Assembly (NCBI GenBank): GCA_036379555.1
Contig: DASVGM010000002.1
Location: 1-38,676 of the forward strand
Reading direction: 5' to 3'
Source of the DNA: Pirellulales bacterium
GTDB lineage: Bacteria > Planctomycetota > Planctomycetia > Pirellulales > JAICIG01
DNA length: 38,676 nt
Part shown: positions 8,133 through 17,049 of the stretch, piece by piece
Layout of the letters: each line of letters opens with the position of its first letter
Numbering within the stretch: the first letter of the stretch is position 1
The notes under the pieces: model-generated
What the model saw: the letters and a program-made list of their open reading frames with translations, nothing else
Told to the model about the DNA's origin: nothing
Databases searched by the model: none
Program-made: the position numbers and the translations under genes

Positions 8133-9632
8133 ATGAATTACCCCCGCCAACCCGTTTATTCATCAGAAACGCCGCGAGTGACGCCGCGCGCTCAGCCACC
8201 ACGCGATGAAAAGCAATCGCATGGGCCACCGCGGCCGGCGGGCGTTGCGCCGACGGCCAATGCGGCGCCGCGAGCGATTCTTCCAAAGCTGCGCGACATC
8301 CGCACGCTCAATCTCATTTATCATATCTGGCCGGTCGCCACCAACGATCTTTGGCGTTGGAACATTACGCGGCTTTTGCCGCGTATCAACGTCTTCAACG
8401 GAAAGCGCATCATCGCCATCGCCACCGATGAAGAAACCGTTTCAGCCGATGAAGTCGTGTCTGAACTTGAGGGACACAACATCACGTTCATCACGATGGC
8501 CAACGACGCGCGCCTGCGCGAAGGAACGACCTTTTTGCCGCTGCTTGACGCCGTGCATACGGTTGATCCAAGCGAGGCCACGTTTTACGGCCATGCCAAG
8601 GGCGTGTCGCGCGCCAAGTCGGTGCATGCGGTCGAAAAAGCGTGGGCCGAGTGCATGTATCACCATTGTCTTGACTTTCCTGACCGCGCGAAGGACGCGC
8701 TGGCGCGCAAGGCGATGTACGGCGTTTCGTTTCCGATCGAAAAAGCCTGGATCTATCCGGGCACGTTCTGGTGGTTTCACAACGCCAGCCTGTTCGCCCG
8801 CGACGACTGGCGAACGCTTGAGAACCACGTCACGCGTGAAGGCGTCGGCTGGTCGGTCGAAGCTTTTCCCAACCGCTTTTTCTCCGACGATTGCGAGCGC
8901 GTTTATCCGCCCGAACTGGTCTATCCGCCGGATCGCAAATTCGGTCTTTACGACGATCGCATCTGGAATGCCGACGTGCGCGTTCCCTCGCTCAACGAGC
9001 GGGCGAAATGGCGCTGGGGGCATGCCATCGAACGCGAATGGCTGACTTGGGGCAAGATTCTTTCGGGCGACTCGATCGTGGAAGCGGTGCGACGGCACGC
9101 AACGCTTGAGGGCGCGCGAATTATGGAAATCGGCCCGGGCTATGGACGTTTCTTTGAAGCGCTCAAGAACCAACGGCTCGGTTTCGGGAGTTATACGGGC
9201 GTGGATCTTTCGCCTCAGCGCTCGCGCGAATTGCGGCGGAGCCATCCTGAAGGGCGATTCGTCTGGGGCGACATCGAGAGCTTTCGCGACATTGAGCCGC
9301 TGGGGCCGTGCGATTTGATCGTGGCCACGTTGGTTTTCAAGCGGCTTTGCCCGACGTTTCAATTGGCGGCGACCAATTGCCGCTGGCTGCTGGCGCCGGG
9401 AGGCAAGCTGATTTTCGACGTGCCCGAAACGGGCGTCGATTGGCCGGCGACCGAAGAGGCGCAAACCGGCTCGTTTGAAAAAGGTTGGGGCTACGGGGCG
9501 TTTTCAAAATCGTATCGCCGCGAAGAAGCGCGGGAGTTGCTGGAGGCGGCGGGCTTCGCCGACGTGCGCTTCGATTCGATCGTGCATGACGGCGACAAAC
9601 GCCGTCTGTTGGTGATCGCCACGCGAGGATGA
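8133..9632 (+). CDS. Two-domain protein: N-terminal domain of unknown function plus C-terminal class I SAM-dependent methyltransferase
   Basis: ATG at 8133. C-terminal third (about 9030-9632) has IMEIGPGYGRFF (GxGxG motif I), DLIVATLVFKRL and GGKLIFDVPETGVDWPA. It is clearly paralogous to the next gene. The N-terminal domain (LNLIYHIWPV...FYGHAKGVSRA...YPGTFWWFHN) is not recognised. Confidence 0.75.
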   Translation: MNYPRQPVYSSETPRVTPRAQPPRDEKQSHGPPRPAGVAPTANAAPRAILPKLRDIRTLNLIYHIWPVATNDLWRWNITRLLPRINVFNGKRIIAIATDEETVSADEVVSELEGHNITFITMANDARLREGTTFLPLLDAVHTVDPSEATFYGHAKGVSRAKSVHAVEKAWAECMYHHCLDFPDRAKDALARKAMYGVSFPIEKAWIYPGTFWWFHNASLFARDDWRTLENHVTREGVGWSVEAFPNRFFSDDCERVYPPELVYPPDRKFGLYDDRIWNADVRVPSLNERAKWRWGHAIEREWLTWGKILSGDSIVEAVRRHATLEGARIMEIGPGYGRFFEALKNQRLGFGSYTGVDLSPQRSRELRRSHPEGRFVWGDIESFRDIEPLGPCDLIVATLVFKRLCPTFQLAATNCRWLLAPGGKLIFDVPETGVDWPATEEAQTGSFEKGWGYGAFSKSYRREEARELLEAAGFADVRFDSIVHDGDKRRLLVIATRG

Positions 9633-9636
9633 ACCC

Positions 9637-10296
9637 ATGAGCTTGGACGACATCGCCACCGAGCGCTGGCGCACACACACCAGCGCCGAGGGGCTAACCT
9701 GGGGCATGGTGCTGGACGGCGCGGCGCTCGTCGAGGCAATTGAAAAGCACGCTCGCCTGGCCGGGGTGGCGGTACTGGAAATCGGCCCCGGCTACGGCCG
9801 GCTTTTGCGGTCGCTCGTCGATTCATCCGTCCCGTTCGCGAGCTATGCCGCGCTCGACATATCGGAGCATTGGGTGCGCGAACTTACGAAGGAGTTTCAC
9901 AGCCACCGCAACATTTCGTTTATGTGCGCGCCGGTTACCGAGGCGAACACTAAATTCGCAGGCCGGCAGTTCGACTTGATTGTTTCGATGTTGACTTGGA
10001 AACACTTCCATCCTGATTTCGCCGCGGCCGCGCGCGCTTGTCGTTCGCTGCTCGCCACGGACGGCCGTTTGATATTCGACCTGCCTGAGACAGATGTCGC
10101 CTGGCCCGCGCCGACGAATGTGGCGAGCGGAACCTTTGAGGAAACCGGGGCCTTCACGCGCACCTACACGCGGCATGAGGTGCAATCGTTGCTCGGCGAG
10201 GCCGGCTTGACCGTCGTGATGTTTGATGAAATCGCGCATGCGCCTGATAAGCGGCGTTTGCTCGTCGTCGCGCGGCGGGCCGCCGGCCCGTCTTGA
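9637..10296 (+). CDS. Class I SAM-dependent methyltransferase (paralog of the C-terminal domain of the upstream gene)
   Basis: ATG lies 4 nt after the upstream stop. VLEIGPGYGRLL, DLIVSMLTWKHF, GRLIFDLPETDVAWPA and DKRRLLVVARR align with the upstream protein. The last codons (AAGPS) and the stop lie inside a palindromic repeat. Confidence 0.8.
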   Translation: MSLDDIATERWRTHTSAEGLTWGMVLDGAALVEAIEKHARLAGVAVLEIGPGYGRLLRSLVDSSVPFASYAALDISEHWVRELTKEFHSHRNISFMCAPVTEANTKFAGRQFDLIVSMLTWKHFHPDFAAAARACRSLLATDGRLIFDLPETDVAWPAPTNVASGTFEETGAFTRTYTRHEVQSLLGEAGLTVVMFDEIAHAPDKRRLLVVARRAAGPS

Positions 10297-10366
10297 AACG
10301 AAAGACGGCGCGGCGAGCCGCCCCACGATACGCTGCCACGGCGAAATCCGAGTTTTCGGATAGCCT
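10272..10366. repeat. ~95-nt palindromic 3'-end element (family R6), copy 1
   Basis: gcggcgggccgccggcccgtct...agacggcgcggcgagccgccccacgatacgctgccacggcgaaatccgagttttcggatagcct. This is over 90% identical by eye to 28952-29045. It fills the gap between convergent genes ending at 10296 (+) and 10367 (-). Confidence 0.85.
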
Positions 10367-12025
10367 CTAATTCGCCGCGGCGGGGTCAAGAAACAAGTCG
10401 CCCTCGGCGAGCGACGAGCCGCGCCGCCCGCCGTCATCGTGGCCATCCCGGTTCACACTGTATAGCAGGTAGTCGGGTGACACGACTTTGTAAATCAACG
10501 GCTTCCCGCTGAACGGATCTTCCGGCACGCGATGGAGATAATCTGGGACAAGATTCTCCAATTTTCCGGGCGGACAACCGCGCTCGGCTTGGTACAGACC
10601 GATTGCCAAATGGCAAACGAGCAACCTGATCATGGCAGAACGTGTGTGGTCGCTTTGTTCGAGACGTTGAAAGCCCGCCTCCGGACTGAAATCCTCCGAA
10701 AGAGCGAACGGGATTCGCGACACCCAACCAAGGGTTTTATCGATTACGGCATACTCGCGGTCGCGCAGCTTGACGAGTGGCTCCCAGGCGGCGTCATTGG
10801 TCTGTAAGGCCACGATCAACGCGCGCCGCTCGTTGAGCGGTAGCTCGTCGCGGATCCGCCCTAGACCCTCAACTCCCAAACCGGTAATGGCGGTTCCGAC
10901 CAGCCGGTCAGCGATAAATCCGCCTCGGGCGGCGACCAGGCCAAGCTCAACAATGTCCAAATACGTTTTTTGCACGTCGCTTGTCTTGGCCGCCAACTGC
11001 TGTCGTGCCGCCTCGGCATACAGATCGCGGGACAACTGTCTCAGCGATTGGATGGGAGAGAGATTATGGTATCCGAGAGCATATTGGATGGGTACGCCGC
11101 TCGGGTGGCGCAATGCCGCATGCAGTCGTGCGAACTGCTCGCTACGATGCTGCTCGATCCATGCTTCCGGATCGCCGGCCACGCCACCGGCGGAGCGTGG
11201 CGGCGGAGCGGCCAGAGACGCGGCAATTCGCAGGACTTCGTCGTAGCCGTTTGGCTCAGGAAGCGGCTCGACGGGAATTGGCGCGTCTTGCAGCATGTCG
11301 TAATAAGCCGCCAGCGGTAAAAGCACCATCGGCAGCGAGAGAACGCCGATCGCGACTTTCGCAAGCGCCGCACGGAATGGCGGCGAGCGTTGGTGCCTGT
11401 TTTCCGTGGCCCGTTGCGAAGCAATACCATGCGACACCGTAATAAGACCCGCCCGCCGCGCCAGGCAAATCCAAGTTGCGACGAGAAGACCCACAGTCAG
11501 AGTCGTGTACCACCAGGCAACGCCAATGCCCGCCGCGACGACACACAAGACCACAAAACGCATCGCCCGCCTCCCGCGAGACATCGCGGCCCAGGCACCG
11601 ACGAGGGTGGCCAGGCCGAAGGGACAGCCGGCGATGGCATAGTACCACCAAATTTGCCGTTCCGTCGTGGGCATGTAGGCCGCCAGGGCAAACACCGACG
11701 CGATCAACAACATGGCTCGAAGTAAGTCGCTCAGGGAAAATCGCAGCCAACGGTTGGCCGGCGGAGGCCCAGCTTCAGATACCGCCGCCGGCACGGCATG
11801 GAGCCGACGAACGACCGCGAGTGAGATGGCGATAACGAACGCTTGCGATACGGCCCCCACGGCAAGATCAAAGGCGGGAACCGGAATGAGGCAGGCAACA
11901 ACCGCCGCGATAAGAAGGAAACGCGGCAACCAATGACATCGCCCCACGGCGGCCCAAACCACCGCCAGGCCGAACGACGCACCAGATACCGCGGCGAGCA
12001 GGTGAAAAATCAAGAAGTACGGCAT
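10367..12025 (-). CDS. Multi-pass membrane protein with C-terminal soluble domain (hypothetical)
   Basis: Track ORF 10367..12052 (TTG); internal ATG at 12025 (MPYFLIFHLLAAV...). Several hydrophobic helices in the N-terminal 200 aa. The C-terminus PEDPFSGKPLIYKVVSPDYLLYSVNRDGHDDGG resembles pseudopilin-like C-terminal motifs. Antisense ORFs are Arg/Pro-rich. Confidence 0.7.
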   Translation of the reverse strand: MPYFLIFHLLAAVSGASFGLAVVWAAVGRCHWLPRFLLIAAVVACLIPVPAFDLAVGAVSQAFVIAISLAVVRRLHAVPAAVSEAGPPPANRWLRFSLSDLLRAMLLIASVFALAAYMPTTERQIWWYYAIAGCPFGLATLVGAWAAMSRGRRAMRFVVLCVVAAGIGVAWWYTTLTVGLLVATWICLARRAGLITVSHGIASQRATENRHQRSPPFRAALAKVAIGVLSLPMVLLPLAAYYDMLQDAPIPVEPLPEPNGYDEVLRIAASLAAPPPRSAGGVAGDPEAWIEQHRSEQFARLHAALRHPSGVPIQYALGYHNLSPIQSLRQLSRDLYAEAARQQLAAKTSDVQKTYLDIVELGLVAARGGFIADRLVGTAITGLGVEGLGRIRDELPLNERRALIVALQTNDAAWEPLVKLRDREYAVIDKTLGWVSRIPFALSEDFSPEAGFQRLEQSDHTRSAMIRLLVCHLAIGLYQAERGCPPGKLENLVPDYLHRVPEDPFSGKPLIYKVVSPDYLLYSVNRDGHDDGGRRGSSLAEGDLFLDPAAAN

Positions 12026-12489
12026 TCGATGGCTTCGGCTGGCGTTCGTCAACGAGGGGAATTCAATTCATTATTGGGCTAACCGCCCGCGAATGGCAAC
12101 GGATGCTGGTGGGGTCCGGCCGGCTTGATTAGCACGAAGCGCGGCCGAAGACGCAATCCGTTACCCACTCGATTGGCTCGCCGGGCTGAACCTGGCGACC
12201 GACCGGACTGTCAGCGCTCTCGACGTCGATCTTTCGACGTTATCGGCCGCGGGCGATTCCGTGCTCGGCATTGGCGACCCGCTTTCGTTGGTGGTGCAGA
12301 TCGAAACTAAAAACATTAAAGGAAAACCTTGCCAGGGTTGATTTACGCGAGTCGAGCACGTACTGGCTCATCCTTGAGGAGGGCATCGCTCAAGGCTTGG
12401 CGAACGGAAAGACGAAAGGAATGGAAATGTCCTCCACAAGGGTCTATGCTAACCCCGACGCGCGAGAATTCCAGTTCCATGAGGTGCAA

Positions 12490-12551
12490 CAAGACTTCGT
12501 AAGAAGTCTGGCCATGACCGTGTTTACGGCCAGAACTCTCACGAGTTCTGC
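12490..12551. repeat. Inverted doublet of short hairpin repeats (family R3: agacttcgtaagaagtct / agaactctcacgagttct)
   Basis: aagacttcgtaagaagtctggcc (12490-12512) faces ggccagaactctcacgagttctgc (12528-12551). Related hairpins occur at 34144-34168 and 18740-18762. Confidence 0.7.
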
Positions 12552-12597
12552 TATGCTTCAGTGCGCCGTCCATGCGAGGGCCGCTGAATTATCCGGG

Positions 12598-13659
12598 CTA
12601 GGCCCAGCGAACGCCGCGAGGGCCGGACGTGATGTGACCAATCGGCCAGGAGGCCAAACCGCCATCCGCGAGTTGCTGTCGAATACTGTCGGCGTAGTAG
12701 GGGCTGATGGCCAGCACCAGGCCCAGCCCCATGTTGAAAACACGGTCCATCTCCTCCGGGTCGATCTGCCCCAATTTTTGCAGCCAGCCAAACACCGCCG
12801 GCGCCGGCCAACTGCCACGCTCGATCACGGCTTGAACCTTGTCGGGCAAAATCCGTTCCAGGTTTTCATGCAGGCCGCCGCCGGTGATGTGCGCGATGCC
12901 GTGAACCACGCCTTTGACCTTGTAATTGCCGAGCACCCGCCTCAGCGGGCGAACGTAAATCCGCGTCGGTTCCAGCAACGCCTGGCCAACGGTGGTTCCC
13001 AACTCGTCAACCAACGTATCGACCGACAGCCCCGCCATCTCAAACACCACTTTGCGCACCAGGCTGAAGCCGTTCGAGTGCAGGCCGCTGGAGGCCACGC
13101 CCAGCAACACGTCACCGGGGGCGATCGCGCGGCCGTCGATCACGCGCCGCCGCTCGACCACGCCCACGCAAAAGCCGGCCAGATCATAATCGCCATGCGC
13201 GTAAATGTCGGGCATGATGGCCGTTTCTCCCCCCAAGAGCGCACAATCGCCCTCAATGCAACCGGCGGAAATGCCCTCGACGATTTGTTCCAAGAGCGCG
13301 GGATCGTCGTGCGACATGGCCACGTAATCGAGAAAAAACAGCGGCTCGGCGCCGCAACATAAGGCGTCGTTCACGCTCATCGCCACCAGGTCGATACCCA
13401 CCGTGTTGTGGCTGCCCGCCAGTTGGGCCACTTTCAGCTTGGTGCCGACGCCATCCGTGCAGGAAACCAACACCGGATCGACATAATGCCGGGCAAACAG
13501 CGGACTGGCGAAATCGAGTTGAAACAGGCCGGCAAAGCCGCCTTCCAGCGGCAGCACGCGCGGACTGTGCGTGCGCGTCAACAGCCGCGGTAATCGTGCC
13601 ATGCTCTGGCGGTAGACGTCGAGATCGACGCCCGCATCCTTATAAGTCGCTTTTCCCAC
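12598..13659 (-). CDS. purM: Phosphoribosylformylglycinamidine cyclo-ligase (AIR synthetase)
   Basis: [56 protein letters not shown] and GGETAIMP. The start is placed at GTG 13657-13659 ([12 protein letters not shown]) by analogy with PurM N-termini. The track ORF extends to 13746. Confidence 0.9.
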   Translation of the reverse strand: MGKATYKDAGVDLDVYRQSMARLPRLLTRTHSPRVLPLEGGFAGLFQLDFASPLFARHYVDPVLVSCTDGVGTKLKVAQLAGSHNTVGIDLVAMSVNDALCCGAEPLFFLDYVAMSHDDPALLEQIVEGISAGCIEGDCALLGGETAIMPDIYAHGDYDLAGFCVGVVERRRVIDGRAIAPGDVLLGVASSGLHSNGFSLVRKVVFEMAGLSVDTLVDELGTTVGQALLEPTRIYVRPLRRVLGNYKVKGVVHGIAHITGGGLHENLERILPDKVQAVIERGSWPAPAVFGWLQKLGQIDPEEMDRVFNMGLGLVLAISPYYADSIRQQLADGGLASWPIGHITSGPRGVRWA

Positions 13660-13850
13660 ATGTCTGCCTTGGATGGAACTCGTTTTTTGGCCGCCACGGC
13701 CAGTAGCACAGAATAAGGCACCCGACGGCAGTCTGCCAAGCGGCAATGCTCTTGTGGCAAACGCTCAAGCGCCCTAAACTTGCCGCCGATTGTGTTCCGT
13801 CGCGGAGATTTTGGAGCGTCTTTCGCAATACGAAACCGTTTGCCTTTGTC

Positions 13851-14765
13851 ATGATGTCTGTGTCGATTCTCGAAGCCGAGCCCCAGCTTGCGGCGCGGCC
13901 CGATCAAGACGACGTTCTCCTTGAGGCTGAGAAACGTGCGTTCCATACCGATATGCCTCGCTTGCCGATCGCGCTCGACCGGGGCCGCGTGGCCCGCGCG
14001 TGGCTGCCCCCCAATGCGCGTCTGCTCGATATTGGCTGCAGTTCCGGCATGCACGTCAGGCACCTGGCGCGCAAGGCGCAATACGTGGCAGCCGTGGACG
14101 TCGATCGCGTGGCCCTGGAGGTGGCGCGGCGCAAAATCAGAAGCAGCCGCGTCAATTTTTTCCAATACGACGGCGCGCAACTTCCCTTCGCCGACGAAAG
14201 CTTCGACGCCGTTTCCACGCTGGACGTGCTCGAACACGTCGCCGATCGCGAAGCGTTGGTGTGCGAAGTGCTGCGCGTCTTGCGGCCGGGCGGCGTCTGG
14301 ACCGTCACCGTGCCTTATCGCGGGCCGCTGACGCGTTTCAGTCCTGAGAACATGTCCGCCGATTTCCCGCGGTTGTTCGCCTGGCTCCGGGCATGGACTA
14401 GGCCGCAGCCGTGGATTACCGGGCACAACGCGACCGGTCGCCGGCACCATCATTTTTCCATCTCGGACATGCGGAACCTGATCGCCGGCCGCATGACGAC
14501 CGAGCGTGTCACGCGCCGGGGTTCTTTGCCATACGCACTTTTTTACCTGGGGCTTTGCTTTCGGCCGCGCCGGTTGGCCCGCCTCTGGACAATGGCGTGC
14601 GGCGCCGCCATGGCCGCCGACTATCAGATTGCCTACGGGCCGTTCGCCTATAATTTAGCCATGCAATTTCGCAAGCCCGTGGCGGCGCCGCTGGCCGAGT
14701 TGCTGGAAGCGAACGCCGACGGCGAGGAGCAAGTCTCACTACAATGGTCGCGGCGGGCGGCGTAA
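13851..14765 (+). CDS. Class I SAM-dependent methyltransferase (Methyltransf_11-like)
   Basis: LLDIGCSSG (motif I), AVDVD, FDAVSTLDVLEHV and LRPGGVWTV. ATG at 13851 (MMSVSILE); the track start 13746 is an alternative. Divergent from purM. Confidence 0.8.
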   Translation: MMSVSILEAEPQLAARPDQDDVLLEAEKRAFHTDMPRLPIALDRGRVARAWLPPNARLLDIGCSSGMHVRHLARKAQYVAAVDVDRVALEVARRKIRSSRVNFFQYDGAQLPFADESFDAVSTLDVLEHVADREALVCEVLRVLRPGGVWTVTVPYRGPLTRFSPENMSADFPRLFAWLRAWTRPQPWITGHNATGRRHHHFSISDMRNLIAGRMTTERVTRRGSLPYALFYLGLCFRPRRLARLWTMACGAAMAADYQIAYGPFAYNLAMQFRKPVAAPLAELLEANADGEEQVSLQWSRRAA

Positions 14766-14772
14766 CGCCCGG

Positions 14773-16644
14773 TCACGGCATTGGATAAACCAACGGCGGC
14801 GTCCTTCCTTCCAGGACGTCGATGGCATGCTTCAGGGAATACTGCGGCGGATACTTTCCCCCTTTCTGATCGGCGGCAGGCGCAAAGGCGCGTTTCATGA
14901 TCGCCAGCGACGGACGGGCCAACTCGCCCAACCGGTCAAACACGTTGGCCGTTTGCATTACGACACCGGGTGAGTGGCCCAACTGAACCAGGCGTTCCAG
15001 CGCGGGCAAGGCCAACTCAGGTTTGCCAAGACGGGCCAGCGCTTCGGCCACGGCCACCGATACCGCGCCCGATTCATCATCCAAATGGCGGCGCAGCGCG
15101 CCTTCGGCAGCCGCGGCCTGTGTGCCCAAGATCGTGCAGCCTTGCGCGGCCCACCAGCGAACCGGCTCGCTCTCGTCGTCGATCGACGCAATCAGCTTAG
15201 GGAGGTCCGCCGGATTGCCGTCCGAGGCGAGCGTCGCCAGGTCGAACACGCGCTCCACCGGCCATGCGCCCGCCGCTTGCGACGCCTCATACCCTTCCAG
15301 CGGCGAGCCTTCCGGCAGGAAACCGTTGTCGCTGGTTTCGAGCACGTGCCGCTTTAGCGCCGCGCGCATCCGCGCGATGATTTCACGGTGCTCCGGCGAG
15401 GCGGCCAGATTATGCACGTTGTCGCGATCGTCGTCCAAGTCGTAAAGTTCCTCTGCCGGCTTATGGCCCCAGAACTGCGCGGTGGCCGGCGTGAGCTTGC
15501 CCTCCGCGGCCACTCGCGCCCACGATTGATAACCACGCGCCCGCATTTGGTATTCCAGCGGCTGCACGTAGGGCAGATCGGGCCGGTAATTGCGAATGTA
15601 CAGCCAACGTGAATCCATCACCGAGCGCATCATGTCGTAGAGCGAGTCCATGCGGTCGCGCGTGCAAAAGACAAACTCGTTCGGCGCCGCTCGTTTTGCA
15701 CCGGCAAACGCGCGACCGTGCATATAATCGGGAATCGCCACGCCCGCCAGCGAGAGCATCGTCGGCGCGAAATCGACGAAGTGAACCGGTTGCTTGAGAC
15801 GCGAACCGGGCCCAACGGGCGACAGATGTCGCCATTTCGGCGGAAAGTAAACAATCAGCGGTATATGCGTGCCGCTTGCTTGAAGAAAGCGCTTGCTGCG
15901 CGGCAGCACGCCGCCGTTGTCGCCGTAATAGAACACGATGGTGTCGTCCGCCAGCCCGGCATCGGCCAGATCCTTGAGCTTCGCCGCGATCTGCCCGTCG
16001 ACCAGCCGCAAGCGGTTGTACTGCCGCGCCCAATCGGCCCGCATTTCAGGCGTGTCGGGCTGATAGGGCGGAATCCTCACGGCCGCCGGATCCAGCGACG
16101 GAAAATCGAGCGGCAGTTCTTTTTCGGGAAAGAGACAGCTTTCGTGGCAGACTTCGTGATTGAAAACGCTGAAGAACGGTTGGCCCGGCGCGCGATGTCG
16201 CCAGTGGGCGTTTTTTCCCGATTCGTTCCAGGCCTCTTGGATGTTGATCGGCGCGTTGTAATCGGTTTTGGCGTTGTTTGAGGTGAAATAACCGGCCGAT
16301 CGCAGGTAGGCGGGAAAACCTTTGAGCCAGGCGGGAATCTTGCCTTGTGCCCGCATGTGCTGCGCCGGGCCGCAGGTGGTCGGATAGATGCCGCTGATGA
16401 GCGTGAATCGCGAGGGCGCGCAGACCGGCATGGTAAAGCAGCGTTCAAACAGCACGCCTTCGCCGGCGAGCTTGTCGAGTGTCGGCGTTTGCCGCTGCGG
16501 ATCGCCATAGCAGCCCAGCAGGCAATCCGTATCCTCACTGACGACACAGAGGATATTCGGCCGTTCGGCCGTCGCGGCATCGGCCGCGGGCGATGTGACG
16601 GTGGCGAGGGTGAGGATGGTTAGCAGAGCGGATGTTTGTTTCAT
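14773..16644 (-). CDS. Secreted formylglycine-dependent sulfatase with C-terminal HEAT-repeat domain
   Basis: Signal peptide MKQTSALLTILTLATVTSPAADA. CAPSR motif (MPVCAPSRFTLISG, about 16408-16422). Sulfatase core PNILCVVSED...YFTSNNAKTDYN. The C-terminal ~150 aa have HEAT-like repeats (SEPVRWWAAQGCTILG, GAVSVAVAEALARLG). Confidence 0.9.
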   Translation of the reverse strand: MKQTSALLTILTLATVTSPAADAATAERPNILCVVSEDTDCLLGCYGDPQRQTPTLDKLAGEGVLFERCFTMPVCAPSRFTLISGIYPTTCGPAQHMRAQGKIPAWLKGFPAYLRSAGYFTSNNAKTDYNAPINIQEAWNESGKNAHWRHRAPGQPFFSVFNHEVCHESCLFPEKELPLDFPSLDPAAVRIPPYQPDTPEMRADWARQYNRLRLVDGQIAAKLKDLADAGLADDTIVFYYGDNGGVLPRSKRFLQASGTHIPLIVYFPPKWRHLSPVGPGSRLKQPVHFVDFAPTMLSLAGVAIPDYMHGRAFAGAKRAAPNEFVFCTRDRMDSLYDMMRSVMDSRWLYIRNYRPDLPYVQPLEYQMRARGYQSWARVAAEGKLTPATAQFWGHKPAEELYDLDDDRDNVHNLAASPEHREIIARMRAALKRHVLETSDNGFLPEGSPLEGYEASQAAGAWPVERVFDLATLASDGNPADLPKLIASIDDESEPVRWWAAQGCTILGTQAAAAEGALRRHLDDESGAVSVAVAEALARLGKPELALPALERLVQLGHSPGVVMQTANVFDRLGELARPSLAIMKRAFAPAADQKGGKYPPQYSLKHAIDVLEGRTPPLVYPMP

Positions 16645-16941
16645 GGGTCACTCGCGGCGAACCGATATCCCGATTAGTGTAAATCAGTGTGAATGAGTGT
16701 TCCGAAGTCTGCAACCCTTCAAGCCGGATCGATTTCCTACTCTCGCTTCACGAAATCGGGCCGGACTCGGAAACAGGCCCGACCGTCCGCCCATTTCAAC
16801 ACCTCGGGTGATTTGGTCGCCGCGCTGCAAAGGCGGCTGGGGTGCGGAACGATGCCCACTCGGCTAAGGTCGAGCCGGTCTGAACCCCAGCAAGTTTGAA
16901 TGGTGATATCAGGATGGGAATGAAAGCCGCAACACCCTCCG

Positions 16942-16990
16942 GTTCCGCGGTGGCGTCGGTCGCATTGGGCGGCGCACGCCACCGCGGAAC
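16942..16990. other. Perfect 14-bp stem hairpin (gttccgcggtggcg / cgccaccgcggaac, 21-nt loop)
   Basis: Read directly from the sequence. It is followed on the plus strand by ggaaaaaacg. Function unknown. Confidence 0.5.
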
Positions 16991-17049
16991 GGAAAAAACG
17001 CGTTCGCAGTGTCGTTCTAGCTTGTCAGTCGTCGCAACACCAGGGCGAG

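Noticed and set aside
12343-12573. 76-aa minus-strand ORF with faint resemblance to HicA-type toxins (HSFRLSVRQALSDALLKD).
   Set aside because: The resemblance is limited to a few residues. The DNA is composed of hairpin repeats that recur elsewhere in the window, which explains the open frame.
16820-16880. tRNA-like stretch (ggggtgcggaacgatgcccactcggctaaggtcgagccggtctgaacccc).
   Set aside because: I could not fold a cloverleaf. There is no GTTCRANYC T-loop consensus and no acceptor-stem complementarity.
16942-16990. 14-bp perfect hairpin considered as an intrinsic terminator.
   Set aside because: The adjacent homopolymer run is A-rich on the plus strand after the stem. On the minus strand it becomes a T-run before the stem. 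Neither strand therefore has the stem followed by a U-tract.
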